Shown piece after piece: positions 229,930-244,482 of a stretch of 248,000 bases of DNA. The position numbers and the translations under genes are program-made. Positions within the stretch are counted from its first letter, which is position 1; each line of letters opens with the position of its first letter. The DNA lies in the NCBI GenBank assembly GCA_951406725.2, contig OX597817.1:87812001-88060000 (forward strand), written 5' to 3'. The notes below the pieces were generated by a model that had not been told where the DNA came from, ran no database searches, and saw nothing but the letters and a program-made list of their open reading frames with translations. Source of the DNA: Octopus vulgaris. Lineage: Eukaryota.

Positions 229930-230760
229930 TTACTCAGTTTTCAGAGCTGGCACTGTAAATGTAGGCACACTGAAAGGTAGGTCTAGCAAGATTGTAGAGA
230001 TGCTTGAAAGGAGACGTGCTGATGTATGTTGCGTACAAAAGGTAAGGTGGAGAGGAGCTTCAGCCAGAGTCCTCGCAGGCAAAGCACATAGGTATAAACT
230101 CTTCTGGAAAGGTAATAGTGATGGAATAGGGGGTGTGGGCATACTTATACTTCTTGCAGAGAAATGGGTGGATAAGGTCATAGAGGTACTGAGGTTGTGC
230201 GATAGAGTATTTAAACTCAGGCTAGTCTTGCAGAATGGTATAGCTACAATTATCTCTGCTCACGCCCCACAAGCGGGCCCACCAAATGAACAGAAGGATC
230301 ACTTTTATGATATTCTTCTGCAGGCTACCTCAAAGACGAGTGACAATGATCTCATCTTCGTAGCAGGAGACTTTAATGGGTATGTCAGACAGCAATCTGA
230401 TATCTTCCATGGGGGCCATGGGGTTGGTACAAGAAATGAAGAAGGAACTAGGATCCTGGAATTCTGTGATGCAAATAACCTATTGATCTGCAACATCAAC
230501 TTCAGAAAGCCGGCTAGCTACCTGATAACCTATCAATCAGGTGATTCTGCTAGCCAGATCAATTTCATTCTCACCAGACAGCAGGATGCATGGTTGCTCT
230601 TAAATACAAAGACAATCCCTAGTAAAGAATATACCCCACAATATAGACTAGTAATTGGTGACTTTAGACTTGAGACCAGAAGGATGCCAAAAAGCAGACC
230701 AATCTGGAAAAGAAGGACTTTGAAGCTTAGGAACCCTTCACATGGTCAGAGATTTAAGGA
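229930..230760 (+). mobile_element. RTE LINE endonuclease fragment
   Basis: 260-aa ORF MLERRRADVCCVQ..GDFNGYV..SQINFIL. Confidence 0.88.
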
Positions 230761-230910
230761 TATCAATCCTGTTTTCCTTTAGGGATATCAATCCTGTTTT
230801 CCTTTAGGGATATCAATCCTGTTTTCCTTTAGGGATATCAATCCTGTTTTCCTTTAGGGATATTCAATCCTGTTTTCCTTTAGGGATATTCAATCCTGTT
230901 TTCCTTCAGT
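230755..230910. repeat. 25-26-bp tandem repeat at the RTE/PLE junction
   Basis: ggata(t)tcaatcctgttttcctttag repeated about 6 times. Confidence 0.9.
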
Positions 230911-231140
230911 TTCCAAACCTTGTTAGATAAGGATGTACAATTGGCTTTACGTTTGAGTCTAAAAGATGAAAAATGGTTATTGATAGGTTTTTTTCATATT
231001 TACTGAACATCCTATATATATAAAGTTTCCAGCCTCACTTATGATTGTACATTTATAAATTACATTTTGGATTAGACAGTGGCCCAATAACGGACAGTGG
231101 GATTTAACTCTATAATTGCAACCAAGAGCATTACTACTAT
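230880..231140 (-). mobile_element. Penelope-like GIY-YIG fragment
   Basis: CNYRVKSHCPLLGHCLIQNVIYKC..YIG, then (frameshift) NHFSSF..TSLSNKVWKLKEN. Confidence 0.8.
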
Positions 231141-231560
231141 TAACATTATTGATATTCCTATCATTATTATTATTATTATTATTATTATCACTATTATTAT
231201 TATTCCTACTACTACTACTACCATATATATATACATATATATACATTTATACACACACATATATATTTGTGTGTATGTGTGTGTTCATTCGCAGCTAATA
231301 ATTAACTACATCATAATTTAAAATTTCTCATGCATATTTTGCCTAAACCAATACATGAACACAGGAAACTCAGAGCAGCGATAAAGGGAATCAACATCAA
231401 TAAATAAACTCAATTTCTCCTATTGAGTATTTTCCCTCTCCTTGTATGCACACACACAAACACATAACATTACAACATAAATGCTGAAGAAGTATAAGAA
231501 AACCAGTTTGTATACATTCACAATCATAATATAAGAAATTTTATGTAGTCTGAAACCTAC

Positions 231561-231712
231561 CTCAAATACTTCCACAGTAATTGTTTGTATAAACTCTGTT
231601 TCACTTTCATGACGACACTGAACCATATTAGAGAATGCAGTGAGGAGATAGATGGCTTCAGAAATTGGCATTTTTTGTAAGCTGTCAGCTAGTTGAGCTT
231701 TTCTTAATGGAT
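231561..231712 (-). CDS. EPG5: EPG5 exon
   Basis: PLRKAQLADSLQKMPISEAIYLLTAFSNMVQCRHESETEFIQTITVEVFE; phase 1-0. Confidence 0.9.
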
Positions 231713-233648
231713 CTAAAGTGAAAAATATATATACATATATTGCATAAATTACTACAAAGCCTGAAATATTTTACAATAAGGTTTTATGAAATTAATTATA
231801 TAAAGAAAATTATACTAATTATACCTCCTTAGTACTGGTATGAATGGTGGATGTGAACTATTTTGGCAAATGAACTTAGTGAATCACTGACTATTATCAC
231901 TAGATGTGGGCAGATGAACAGACGACAAACCATTAATGGCCAGGAACAACCAGTTCAGTTAACAAACTATAGCTATCATCTGCAGACATGGTGTGCACAG
232001 ATGAGATATTTCAGCAAATGAAAGACCATTGTGACTAATACCCAGGCCAGACATTAATACTTCATTACTCAATCAGAACATCTGGTGTGGAAGAGTTACA
232101 ATGGTCCAAGAAAGTCACCCAACCAGGATGGATAGCTGGATGGAATGCTGGGGACATGACAGAATGCACCAAGTACATGTTGTAAAATGGTTGCTGGTAG
232201 GAAAAGCATTCCACTACAGAAAACATACCTCAAATGAAATATACAAATGAATGGTGGACTTATAAAACTACATCACAGACTACCGCCCATCTAGGAAGGC
232301 AATAACTCCAAAAGGAAAAGAACTGATAGATGAGAGAGGAGAATCTTTGGTTCTGTTTCAGACAACCCCATGTAATGTTGGTGGCATAATATAATGTTCC
232401 CAGTCCACACTGTAAGACATTCACAACAACAAAGTTGTCCAGTTTTCTGTGTTGATGTGTGTGCTTGATGACAGAGTACAATAGGTGAGGAGATACTGTG
232501 AGATCTATGCAACCTCTGGGGAGAGAAGGAGGAAGAGTTTGGAGAGTTGAATCTGTAATACAGCTTTAATTTCCATCTGATATTTCACTGCACTTTTCAC
232601 TAAGACACTTTTGAAAAAACATGAACGTCACAACTTCAATTTAATGTTCACACCCAGTCAAAAGAAACTATTAATTACATTGTGTAACAAAGCTTTTACC
232701 TATTTATTTTTTGTCTTTGGTTAGTAAGTGTTAGTTCCTATTTGCTTTTATCTAGAAATCAAAGTAAATGATTAGTATTCCCCTCAAACTTTGCTTTTGT
232801 GACTGGGACATCAATGTTTTGAAACTGACCTATTTTCCATCACATTTCAGACAAATTCAACACTAAGCTGCTGAAGCAGAAATATTGTTATAGCAAATAT
232901 TCTGCTCAATACCACGAATTTGTTCGTCAGTTGCTTGACAGTAAGCACCTGAGTATGTCCCTTAGTGGCTGACAATGTGCATCTCTGAACATGAGCAAAT
233001 GCAATGGGGGAACATCATAACCATGTGTTGAGAGAGATTCTTTGGGGTTCAAATAACTGTAACACAGGGAAGTTTGAAGGAAATATTAGCCATTTTTCAT
233101 ACTTTCTAGGGATAAACAAATAGGAAATAACAGTTGCTACCCAAAGTTATACAATAATTACTGAAATAAAACTATATAAGATATTATTTGGTATACTTAT
233201 CTAAGAGTTCAATGTTCATAATGTATTTAGTCCTACTGTAAAATAATACCAATGGGGTTGTGTCTCCAAATAAATTTAGTGAGCCACATACTAAGAAACA
233301 CAGCTCTTGATCCTTTTTTAGCCTCTCACATAATTTTAGGAAATTAGTGTAGACTTAATACTAGTAAACACCAGGTTGTACAGTGGCAGCCATAAATGAG
233401 TCAAATTTTAAAATATATAAAATACTATAGTAAACTTAACCCATCATGTGTTATTGAGAAAGAGGGAGACAAAGTGGGAAGGTGATAGGGTGGGTTGTGT
233501 AAGGAGGAGGTCATGGGCTATCCTACTTAATGAGGGTAAGGACACAAGGTATGAGGGAAAGGAGATAGGAAGAGAGCAATAGACTAGGGTAACATAGACA
233601 CATACATATAGAGAGACAAAGACAGACAGACAGTGAGTGAAAAAGGAG

Positions 233649-233720
<72 letters not shown>

Positions 233721-233957
233721 GAGAGAGAGATAAAGCAGTAATTGCATTGACAGCCAAAACTCTATGTTATGCTCACAGATAGAAGATAAAGTTAATGAAA
233801 TGGTAGACAGACACAATCCTTATTATTATAATAGATTAAATATGCTTTTACATACAGAACAAAATCAATGTTTTAATATAATATTTAAAACAACTGATCA
233901 TATAAATTTTCTTTCAAAATAAATAAAAATTATGTAAGAAAATCATAAGATTGAAAC

Positions 233958-234112
233958 CTTTTAATTCTGCTTTACACTGTTCAACGGAAGGTAAGTTATC
234001 AGGAAGTACAGATTGATTCTGTCCCATGTGCAACATCCACATGAGTTTCCATGTAGTTTCAAGGGAAACACTGGCATAAGGCATATCTGTCATATATTGC
234101 CAAGACCCCATC
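233958..234112 (-). CDS. EPG5: EPG5 exon
   Basis: MGSWQYMTDMPYASVSLETTWKLMWMLH...CKAELK; donor gtttca; phase 2-1. Confidence 0.85.
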
Positions 234113-235948
234113 CTGAAAGATAAAACAAAATATATCAGGCAATTTAATAAAAATCAAAATAAAAATAATAGTTTGATTCAAAAAGTACAACAATTACAAA
234201 ACAATATCAATTGAAACTTAACTTTTCTGCTAAGGTCATGTATACCAAATAATGATTAAAGTGAATTCTTTTTATAAAGCAAAAGACCAACTTTTGAAAC
234301 ATTCCCATACTATGTTCAAGGAATAAGTGATCTACAAAGTCTCAAACATATGAAGAGATAAAAGAACTCAATTATAACAAAAATTTTTAACAAGGTCAGA
234401 AACTTTGAAAAGAGTTATAACATTGCTAAAGAATCTAATATGCTCTATATAAGGAGAACTGATGTATAAACATCAAAAAAATATCCACAGTAATTAAGAA
234501 CTCAATTAATTACTCAAATATGTTATAACATTGAAGGATATGCAGGTAGAAAAAAATATGCATGTATCTATAAAATTGGGTTAAAATGATCTTTTAGAGC
234601 AGCATATTTAGAAGACAAAGCAGAAAAGCATAAATTTCACAAATAGTTCATAATTTATGCTCAACAGTTGTTTCATTAGCAATAAACATCACTGACTGCA
234701 TGATTAAAGAATTAAGATACATAATTAATTTTAAATAATGTATATTAATTTAAAGTTATGTTTATCCCAAATCGTTATGAGTTATGCTAATCAAAAACCA
234801 TTAATACTAAAATAATCTAAAAGTCTTAGTGTGTGCCACCAACAAATACTGACAAGTCCATACTTGTTTCAAACTTTGGCATAAGACCAGCACTTTGGGG
234901 GCAAGGGAGTAAGTCAATTGCATTGACCCTAGTACTCAACTGGTACTTATTTTATCAACACTGAAAAGTTGATAGGCATAGTGGACCTCAGTGGAATTTA
235001 AACCCAGAACACAAAGACAGATGAAATTCCACTAAGCATTTTGCTCCGCATGCTAACAGTTCTGCCAACTCACCACCATAACTGACAAGTCAATATTGCA
235101 GTGTTATTTATTGCAGGAATCTACAAACATTTGCTGCTTCTAACCTATCCAATGATTTGTAACAATTAAAAATATAAAAACGTATGGCTATGTGGTTAAG
235201 AAGCTTGTTTTATTACCATGTAGCTTCAGGTTTAGTCCCATTGCATGGCACCTTAGGCACCTTCTATTACAGCCCCAAGCCAACTAATGCTTTGTGAGTG
235301 AATTTGGTAGATGGAAACTGTAGAATCCCTCGTGTGTGTGTGTGTGTTGTGTATGAATATATTATATGTTTCTTCCTACCACTGCTTGACAACTAGTGTT
235401 GGTTTGTTTATGTCCTGGTGACTTAACAGTTTATCAAGAGACTGATAAATAAGTACTGGGGTCAATTTTATTTCACTAAAACCTTCCAATGATTGAAACA
235501 AGTAAAAGATAAATTATGTCAGGATGTTACTTCATCTGTAATAACAACACATGGAAATGTCATTAAAGGAAATTTAATTTGATATAAATATGTATTTTTA
235601 CCCTAAACTAAAACAATTTAGAGAGGAGGGTCATAACAAAGAATTATCTAACAGAATTTGAAGCCTTTAGCACTCAGATTACTTTCTAAAATGTAATGCT
235701 TATTTATTCACATTATTTTGTATTAATCAGGCATTATCTTGTAGCTTAGAGATTCTGATGATGTGATTGTATATCTTTAGGTGTGCGAAGATGGATTTGG
235801 CCAGATAGAATATAAAACATGTAGAATACTTGGGTTGGTTATAGCTGGTTCAAATGCTAAAGGATTAAAGGAAAATAGCTTTATATGAGATTGATAAAAG
235901 AAGATGCTCCAGCCTTAGATATAATGGCAAACAAACCAAACAGCTTAC

Positions 235949-236092
235949 CTTTCAGCATTAAGAATACAATGGACAGCACGTAAAAATAGCTGGTCAAACT
236001 CAACTTGTAATCGTTCAAGCATCGCTGGTGGTAAACGTTGGTTGCATTGGCGGAAACTTAACCAGTGATCTGATGTGTATAACATTATTTGC
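235949..236092 (-). CDS. EPG5: EPG5 exon
   Basis: QIMLYTSDHWLSFRQCNQRLPPAMLERLQVEFDQLFLRAVHCILNAE; phase 2-2. Confidence 0.92.
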
Positions 236093-236779
236093 CTGTAAAA
236101 TATAATAAAATAAAGATACTGCAATGTTTAAAAACAAAATTAACAGCAGTTATAGTTATTTGCAGGTGAAATCATTACTTTAAAACAGAACACAAAAATT
236201 AAGCAAAAAAAACTTTAGTTTTTTTTTTTTAAATTAGTGTATTTACTCAGAGGATTCTTGGTCAACATTAGAGATGGCCCAAATGAGAATAGCTACCAAT
236301 AAAATATATCATATTTTAGGCCAATATGCAAATCCATATACCTGATTCTCTTGCTAAATAATTAATGGCACCATAATCTTTCCTAATATAGGTACAAGTT
236401 TTGAAATTTTGTAGGAGAGTGTTAGTCAATTACATCAACCCTAGTGTTTGACTAGTACCATTTTATTGATCCCAAATGAATGGAAAGCAAAGTTGACTTT
236501 GGCAGAATTTGAAGTCAACTTAGACAGAAAGGTACTATAAGGATCTAGAATTTTTTTTTTAAATTGTAAGCAGCTTTGCATAATTCTAACATAATAAGGG
236601 GAAAATTTGGAGCAGATGAAGAAATACCATTCAAATTACAAAAGTGATGATTCTTGTTAGATCTAGTCCATTAGAGAAGTCATTTATGACACTGCCAATA
236701 AAACAACAATCAGAAACAAGAAACTGTTTAGTGAAGGCAAGAATTACCAAAAAATATAAACTCAAAAGAAGAGACTTAC

Positions 236780-236936
236780 GTGATCATGCGTCCAATTCTT
236801 TTATTCAGCTGTCGGTATCGAGAAAGAGAAAATGTCTTCAAGCCACAACTAAGAATATCGATGAGGCATGTAAAGAATGCAAAGGTTTTCATCATTATTG
236901 ATTCAGAAGTCACATTCACATCATAATGCCATGAAC
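236780..236936 (-). CDS. EPG5: EPG5 exon
   Basis: SWHYDVNVTSESIMMKTFAFFTCLIDILSCGLKTFSLSRYRQLNKRIGRMI; phase 1-2. Confidence 0.9.
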
Positions 236937-239028
236937 CTGAAAGTGAAAAAAAAAAAATTTTTTTTTTTAATGGCAGCACCAAACTAAAAATTATTTGATT
237001 TGATTTGATTGTCAAGACCAGCTCTGAAGGATTTGATGAGAAAGATATTGGTATTAAAAGCATGAGGCTGCATTTAAAGGGTTATGATGGTATTGAGGTT
237101 TGTATTATCTGCAACAGAACATATTGAAAAAAAAACAGTATAACAGCAAAACTGATGTGGTAGAAATTGGGCAGATAAAAAAATATATTTTCATTTTCAT
237201 AATAAAACTCTTCATACCAAAAGAAATAAACTAATTCTACTGGTATCAGTGAGTGAGAAAATCATTTTTCAAAACTTAGAAGAGCACCAGATATTGAAAA
237301 ACATACAATGAAGAATTATGCATATTATAATTCTGGCTGTTTTATTAGAGCTGTTGGTAATCATCATCACCATTTAAAATCTGTTTTCCATGCTGGCATG
237401 AATTTGACAGTTTGATAGGATCCAATAAATTGAAAGATTGTATTCTTCATCATCATCGTCATTTAATATCTGCTTTCCATGCTGGTATGAGTTGGACGGT
237501 TTGACTGAGAACTGGCAAGCCAGGAGGCTGCAACAGGCTCCAATCAGATTTGCATGGTTTCTACAGCTAGATGCCCTTCCTAATGCCAACCACTCTGAGA
237601 GTGTAGTGGATGCGTTTTACGTGCCACTGGCATGGGAGCCAGTCAGGCAGCACTGGCATCAGCCACATTCAAATGGTGCTTTTTACATTCCACTGGCACA
237701 GGTGCCAGTCAGGCACCACAGGTATTAGCCAAGCTCGAATGGTGCATTTTACATGCCACCAGCACAGGTGCCATTAAGGTGGCACTGGCATTGGCCACAC
237801 TCGAATGGTGCTTTTTACATGCCAGTCAGATGGCACTGGCATCAGCCATGCTCAAATGGTGCATTTTATGTGTCACCGGCACATGCTCTAATATCTGTTT
237901 TGACGTAGCTTTTGTGACTGAATGTCATTCTTAATGCTAACCACTTTACAGTGTACAGAGTAAATACAAAGTGCTTTCTTTTTGTACGTAAAAAACGCGA
238001 GGTCCCCTCACGACTTGTAGAACTAAATGTCCTACAGTGGCTCCCATAAATGAAGAGTAGAGGAAAAAGAGAGTGGGGTTTTTTTTCTGTTTGGCTGCCA
238101 CTTTTCAGTTTCCTCAATTTTTGTTCCAACTGATTTCATATTTAGTGTATTGGTGCAGTTTTGTAAAGTAATCAATGACATGAAATTCATTTTTGCCATA
238201 AATCAATAAATAAAGAGTTAATAGCTTTTAAAGTTTGCAAATTTTGGGTAATTTTAGGCAATCAAAAGGCACAGGCATATAGGTGCCTGTTTCCACAGAA
238301 ATAAGCCAAACTGTTACCAAGCTGCTTACTCACACTGTCATTTTTCACTTATTAAATGGTGGTCATGAGACTTGCTAAAAATAATAACTAAACAGGCCTT
238401 AAATCACACACCAAAATTTTTTTGTTTTTTGTTTTTACATAATCGTATGAATTCTTATGTGTAGAATACAAATTCACAAAAATTTTCTGAAAATTCCAAA
238501 AAATAAAAAAGTTACATGAGTTTATATGAAGTGTGTAAAGCAGAATTCCACCAATATTTCATTTGTTTACAGTTGACAATGTGCTGTCATGCACAAAATG
238601 AGAGTGTCCAAATCCTGTTTTAAATTATCGAACTTTAAACCACTGTAACTTTTTCTTAAAAGTTTTCTGAGAAAAGTGAATTAGTCCCTGAGACTCAGCA
238701 TGGAAAATTACATCAATACACCAAATTTTTTAATTTTCGCTAAACTTTAAAACTTCCACAGGTGCAGCCTAACAGAAAAGATCCAGAGAATGTAATGATT
238801 TTAGGCAAGATAATGGAAAGAGTGAAATATGAAAGAAACAGATTTATAGCTGTTTGAGGATAGTAACAAAGAGAGTAACAGAAGAAACACAATTTGACTA
238901 GAGAGTATGGAAGGAAAAGAATAAAGTATTGGGATTTAGTGAGAAAGGGTAGGAAAGATGGTAAGGATGATGATGAGGTGGGTTGTGTAGAGGGTGGGGC
239001 AAACATTGAAAAGAATAGATACACTCAC

Positions 239029-239149
239029 CATCTTGGTTTAGAGTCATCATAAGAACATGTTGAAACAATTCATTGAGTGCCACTTGTCCTAACATATTAA
239101 CAACATCATTTTCCCGTAGGTATTGCCAAGCATTTTTAGGGTCTTCATT
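239029..239149 (-). CDS. EPG5: EPG5 exon
   Basis: NEDPKNAWQYLRENDVVNMLGQVALNELFQHVLMMTLNQD; phase 0-1. Confidence 0.9.
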
Positions 239150-241705
239150 CTGAAAGAAAAATTATTAATAAAAATGGTCATGATCATGATTTTGAATATA
239201 GTCACAAGAACAAATAGAATAAAAAAAGAGTTTATCAACATCTGAAGAACGACAATCAAATTTGATCATAAATACAAAGCATGGCATGAGATAACTAAAT
239301 AAAGGTATTACAATACTTCCTTCTACAGAAAGATGAAAAGGTAAAACTAACATTTTAACTTCCATAATAATAGAAGTGTCTGACTTCGATATTCCAATAC
239401 TTTGGAAGAATAAAAATCAACATCAACAGGGTTGTAACTTCAAATTGTATTGCAAGATAATTTGACCAATACACTCAACTGATTGTGCTACCTACTCTGA
239501 CCTTTCAATAAGAATAATTCTTTCTATTTATAGAAGGATGAAAGGCAAAGTCAGCTTTGGTGGCATTTGAACTCAGAATGTAAGATCAGAAGTAATGAAC
239601 TAGACATTTTGTCCAGCATGCTAATGATTCTGCCAGCTCACTGACGCAGTAGTAGCAGCAGCAGCAGCAATAATAATAATAATAATAATAATAATAATTT
239701 TGCTCCAATGCTACACAATTTAAAAGATGGATATAACAGACATTTAATTTACAGTGGTTCTGTTAGCAACCCTGAACGGTTGAAAAGCAAAAATCAACCA
239801 GCAACATTTCAACACAAAATGTAAAATTAATGAAAATAAATGCTGCATCTTAAGGCAGGAAATAGTTGGATTATACAAGGTCAAGTATATGACTGTTTTT
239901 TTTTTTTTAAGGCAGAATACAGTTGGTTATAGAGAGCCAAGTATATAAATGGTATTATTTTAGGGCAGGATGTACTTAATTATATATGATTATATATGGC
240001 CAAGTATATATTACTGGTATTACTTCAGGATAGAATATATTTTATCATATAGATTCAAGTACATGACTGGTATTATTTTATCAACCTCTGAAGGGATTAT
240101 AAGCAAATATCATCAGGATTTGAACTCAAAATATAAAGGAGTATAACAAAATACTTGCAAAGCATTTTGCTTGGCAATACCATTTCTTCCATCGGCAACC
240201 AAATAATGATGAGAAGGTAAGAGGAATGATTAAAAATTGATTAAAGGAGCAGCAGTAGAAGGAGCTCATCAAAATACAGATGATGATAGATTAAAATTTT
240301 AGCATGAATTATATTAAACAGAAAGTCTTACAAGAAATGTTATTTTTTTTTTTTCTTAATAAACTTCTTCATATAATTTTAAGTGTTACCAAAAGGAGTA
240401 TGATCTTATAAGAAACCCAAACTTTAATCATACATTTTTTTATAACCTTTCCCTTTTTATATATAAAGAGAATGAAGTTACCTATTTCCAGTGCATCAAC
240501 AGAAATATGTTAGACTAACCATCTTATCTCAGTCCTTAACAGAATACTTGAATCAATAATCAACAGGCCAAAAATAAACTTTGTGACACATCTCATTATT
240601 GCAATGCTCATTTTTCTGTCTTGACATTTCTCTATTTGTACTCAAGTTGATTCCTCTATGCAACTCAACATTCTCATGTGTCATCTAACAATTTATATCT
240701 AAGTTTTCCTTAGGAGAACAAAGTTATTGTGAATAAATTTTAGCCTTAGCTTTAAATATTTACAAAGACAAATAGCATGTAGGGTTCACAGAACTACTTT
240801 CTTACAATAAAGATTTCATGAGAAAAACAAAACAAACTTTAAATGTATATCATCATCACTTTAATGTGCAATTTTCCATGCTTACATGGCTCAACAGTTT
240901 ACTGAGGCAGATTTTCTACAGCCAGATACCTTTCCTGCTGCTAACCCTCATCTGTTTCCAACCAAAGTAATACTTCTCCCTAGCCAGACATGTTCTCGCA
241001 GAATAATGGAAATGAATGCTTGTATGTCAGTGACAATCATTTACAACTATCACATAATGTCAAGACAAAGAGAAGACACTAACACATGATGAGCTTCTTT
241101 CAGTTTCTGTGTACAAAATCTACCCACAAGGCTTTGATTGGCCAAGAGCTACAGAAGACATTATGCCCAAGTATCACACAGTAGGACTGAACTTGGAACC
241201 AAATGGTTGGGAAGCAAACATCTTGCCACACAGCTGTTATATACCTGTTTTATACTAATAAATTTTCTTTACTTCACTTCACCTAAGGATAAGAATTTCT
241301 ACAAAGCAAAAAATCAATTTCATATTCTGCTGCATATCAAAAACAAGTCAGCTTGAGAAAGCACTTTTTGTTCCCAGCTATATCATCATCATCATCATCA
241401 TCATCATTTAATGTCCATTTTCCATGATAGCATGTGTTGGATGGTTTGATATCTGTTTTGGCACAGTTTCTACAGCTAGATACCATCCCTAGCACCAACC
241501 ACTTTACAAAGTGTACTAGGTGCTTTTATGCAGCACTGGCATGGGTGTTCTAGAATGTGAACTTGCAATATTATATGAATCCTGCACCTTTCAGCTAGCA
241601 TCAAATGAAACTTGCCCACCCACTACACATCTATTTTACATGTGTACACCCATGAATCAAGTCACAATAAAACATATTAAAGTAGAACTATTCTAAATGT
241701 ATTAC

Positions 241706-241805
241706 TTCTTCGCCATCAGAATCAACCATAATCCAGGCACCATCATTGCTTTCTGTTCTTTCTTTAAGGTTGGTATTTAAATGTTGTAAGAACTGTTCAC
241801 GACCC
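241706..241805 (-). CDS. EPG5: EPG5 exon
   Basis: GREQFLQHLNTNLKERTESNDGAWIMVDSDGEE; phase 2-0. Confidence 0.9.
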
Positions 241806-242184
241806 CTGCAGGTCAAATATTAAAAAGATGTATTAGAAAGTCAAATAAGTAAAAACAAATGAAATGAAATAAACCTAAGTTAATCACAGAAGACATATAT
241901 GTATTAATGTATGGATTAGATGAAAGATGCTAAGGTCATAAACTTAGTATTAGTTATTGATTTTGACTTTAATCATTAATAGTAACAATAAAACTTAATC
242001 ATTAATATTGAAATAATATGTAAGCATTAATATTGAAATAATAAATTATCTAATCATTAATGCTCGTAATAATACATAACCATTAATGTTGACATAATAG
242101 TTACATAATCATTAATACTGAAATAATCACTACATGATCATTAATGTTAATAATAATGCATTATCATTAACATTGTAAACTTAC

Positions 242185-242387
242185 TTGATTGGTTGAAGAA
242201 TTGTAGCCAAAACAGTAACCATGTGATCTAGACTTGGACTGACAAACGTTGTCTCATCAATGTTCACTAACAGTGGAATTTGTATGTACTGGGCTGCCCA
242301 AGATCCCACACCAGCTGGACATCGGAGGACATGGTTTAATAGAAACAAATGATCCTCAAAGGAGGCTACTCTCAGTAACACAGATAC
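242185..242387 (-). CDS. EPG5: EPG5 exon
   Basis: [38 protein letters not shown]...ILQPI; phase 0-2. Confidence 0.92.
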
Positions 242388-243406
242388 CTATAAGCAGAAA
242401 ATGAAATAACTTTTAAACACCTGTGATTCATTTTGATATCATTATATCAATCAGAGGTACATTTTCCCATAAAAAATACTGGGCCGACATTTCAAATGAA
242501 TAACTAAGAATTTACATAGGAAAACTTCTCTGCATTCAGAGGGCACAGCTCCTGTACTGTGGATATGTAATTAGAACAGTTCAACAAAGATCCACAAGAC
242601 AGATTCTTGAAGCTGAGCCAACCAAAAAGAGATCAAGGGGTAGATCAAAATGAGATGGTTGAATAATATCCAGAGTTTAAGTTGGTCATGCATAAGAATC
242701 CATCCAGAAGGTCTAATGATGGAGGAGGTGCCTGAGGACCCTACCCCAATAACCCTTTCGGGAATAGTAGACAGAGATAGATGTATCTAAATATTATTTT
242801 TCATAACATTGGAAAACTCAGTTGTCAGTTGTTAGATTAGTACAAAATTGTTCAATGTAAAATGTCAAATTTTAAATCATTACCTTTCACTGATAATATT
242901 TAAGTTATCAACTTTACTTTAAATGCTATTAAACTACCAACAAAGAATAATTACTAATGAAAAATTAATGAAATCTTATCTAATGTATCTAATCTAAAAG
243001 AAAATTAGGATACACAATTTCTTAAAAACACATGATATAACAGAAATAACATGATTTTTATGTTCACCTTTAATGAATGCATTATTTTAATCATCATTTT
243101 CTAGTTTTATTTAAAATTAAAATTCATTTAATATGACAATTAATTTGATTGAGTAATTAACCCTTTTGATAGCATACTATCTGAGACTGCCACTAGTTCT
243201 CTGATATAAATTTTCCCAAGTCATCTCAAAACCTTCAAACACCAGATTAATCATGACAAAGTTATTTTAAGTAAATCCTTCATTAATTTTGCAATTAATT
243301 GAAACAAATGTAGTGTGTTTCAACAGAAATATGGTAACAGAAGGGTTAAAGACACTGTTGTTTAAAGAAACAGAAAAATGTGAATTATTGATAAAAATTA
243401 TCTCAC

Positions 243407-243552
243407 TAGTCTTTCTGTCCATATTCGCAAATTTTCAACAAAGTTATGGTCATCAATTGGTCGTCTGTGCATAGAAAACAAGATTGAGATGCAGTCCTTC
243501 AGTCTCTGAATCTGGTGAAGAACAGTCATGCTCTGCTTTGCTTGAACTCGAA
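243407..243552 (-). CDS. EPG5: EPG5 exon
   Basis: RVQAKQSMTVLHQIQRLKDCISILFSMHRRPIDDHNFVENLRIWTERL; phase 1-0. Confidence 0.88.
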
Positions 243553-244482
243553 CTAAAAAGAGAATTTGTCATCATATAGATAAGAGATATCACAAATACA
243601 ATATTTCTCAATAATATCTGAACCATTTTTCAAAATCAAGATCTATTTAGTATGACTTTCCTACATTATTAACTCTAAACATTCATAGGAACTCTAAAAA
243701 ATAATTACATATTCAACTGAACCATTTTTAAGACAACCAGCAAAGTGAAACGTTTCTGAAAAATATTCATTTTGAAACTGTGCTTTCCATGTTTAGGGTT
243801 CAGTTTTTTTAATAAAAATTAGTATTTATTACATTTCAAAATACAAACGTTATAACAATTGTTTATAAACTGATTGATTGTATGGAGATTTAATAGCTAC
243901 AAGACTAAAGTTTGGGTTTCTTATCAGATCATCATCATCATTTAATGTTCATTGTCCATGCTGTACACAAATAAACAAATTTACGAATACCATCTCATGC
244001 TAGCATAGAATATCAAGCGGACGGAATTACTAAACTCATAGTTATTCCGATTTTGAATGGATGGACTTGGTGCAAACTTAACTGTATCTATTATTATTAT
244101 TATTATTAATATTAATAGTAATTTATATTGACTTTTATAGGTTTATAATTTTATGAACTGAACTATGGTTTTTTTATTATTATTTTCAGGTATAGGTATG
244201 ATTTTAATTTAAATAGTAGTGCGCATACATCTCCCTATGTGTTAGTTTTTAGAACTATTAGGCAAATATGTAAAATAACTGTGCTTATTAATATTAATAT
244301 ATACACTGATATATATTTTGTTTTATTTTGTTTTGTTTACCTTGCATTATTGTATCAATGAGTATTATATATATTATATATGTGTAGCATTATGGAGTTT
244401 ATGCACAAGTTTTTATATTTTACATTTTTATATTTATATGTATATGAAAAAATAATTTTTTCACAATTATAACAAATTAAAT

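Larger units (their letters stand above)
168352..243552 (-). other. EPG5: EPG5 (ectopic P-granules autophagy protein 5) gene span, 5' part not located
   Basis: 41 exons form an unbroken phase-compatible chain. Peptides follow human EPG5 as I recall it ([65 protein letters not shown]). Confidence 0.92.
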
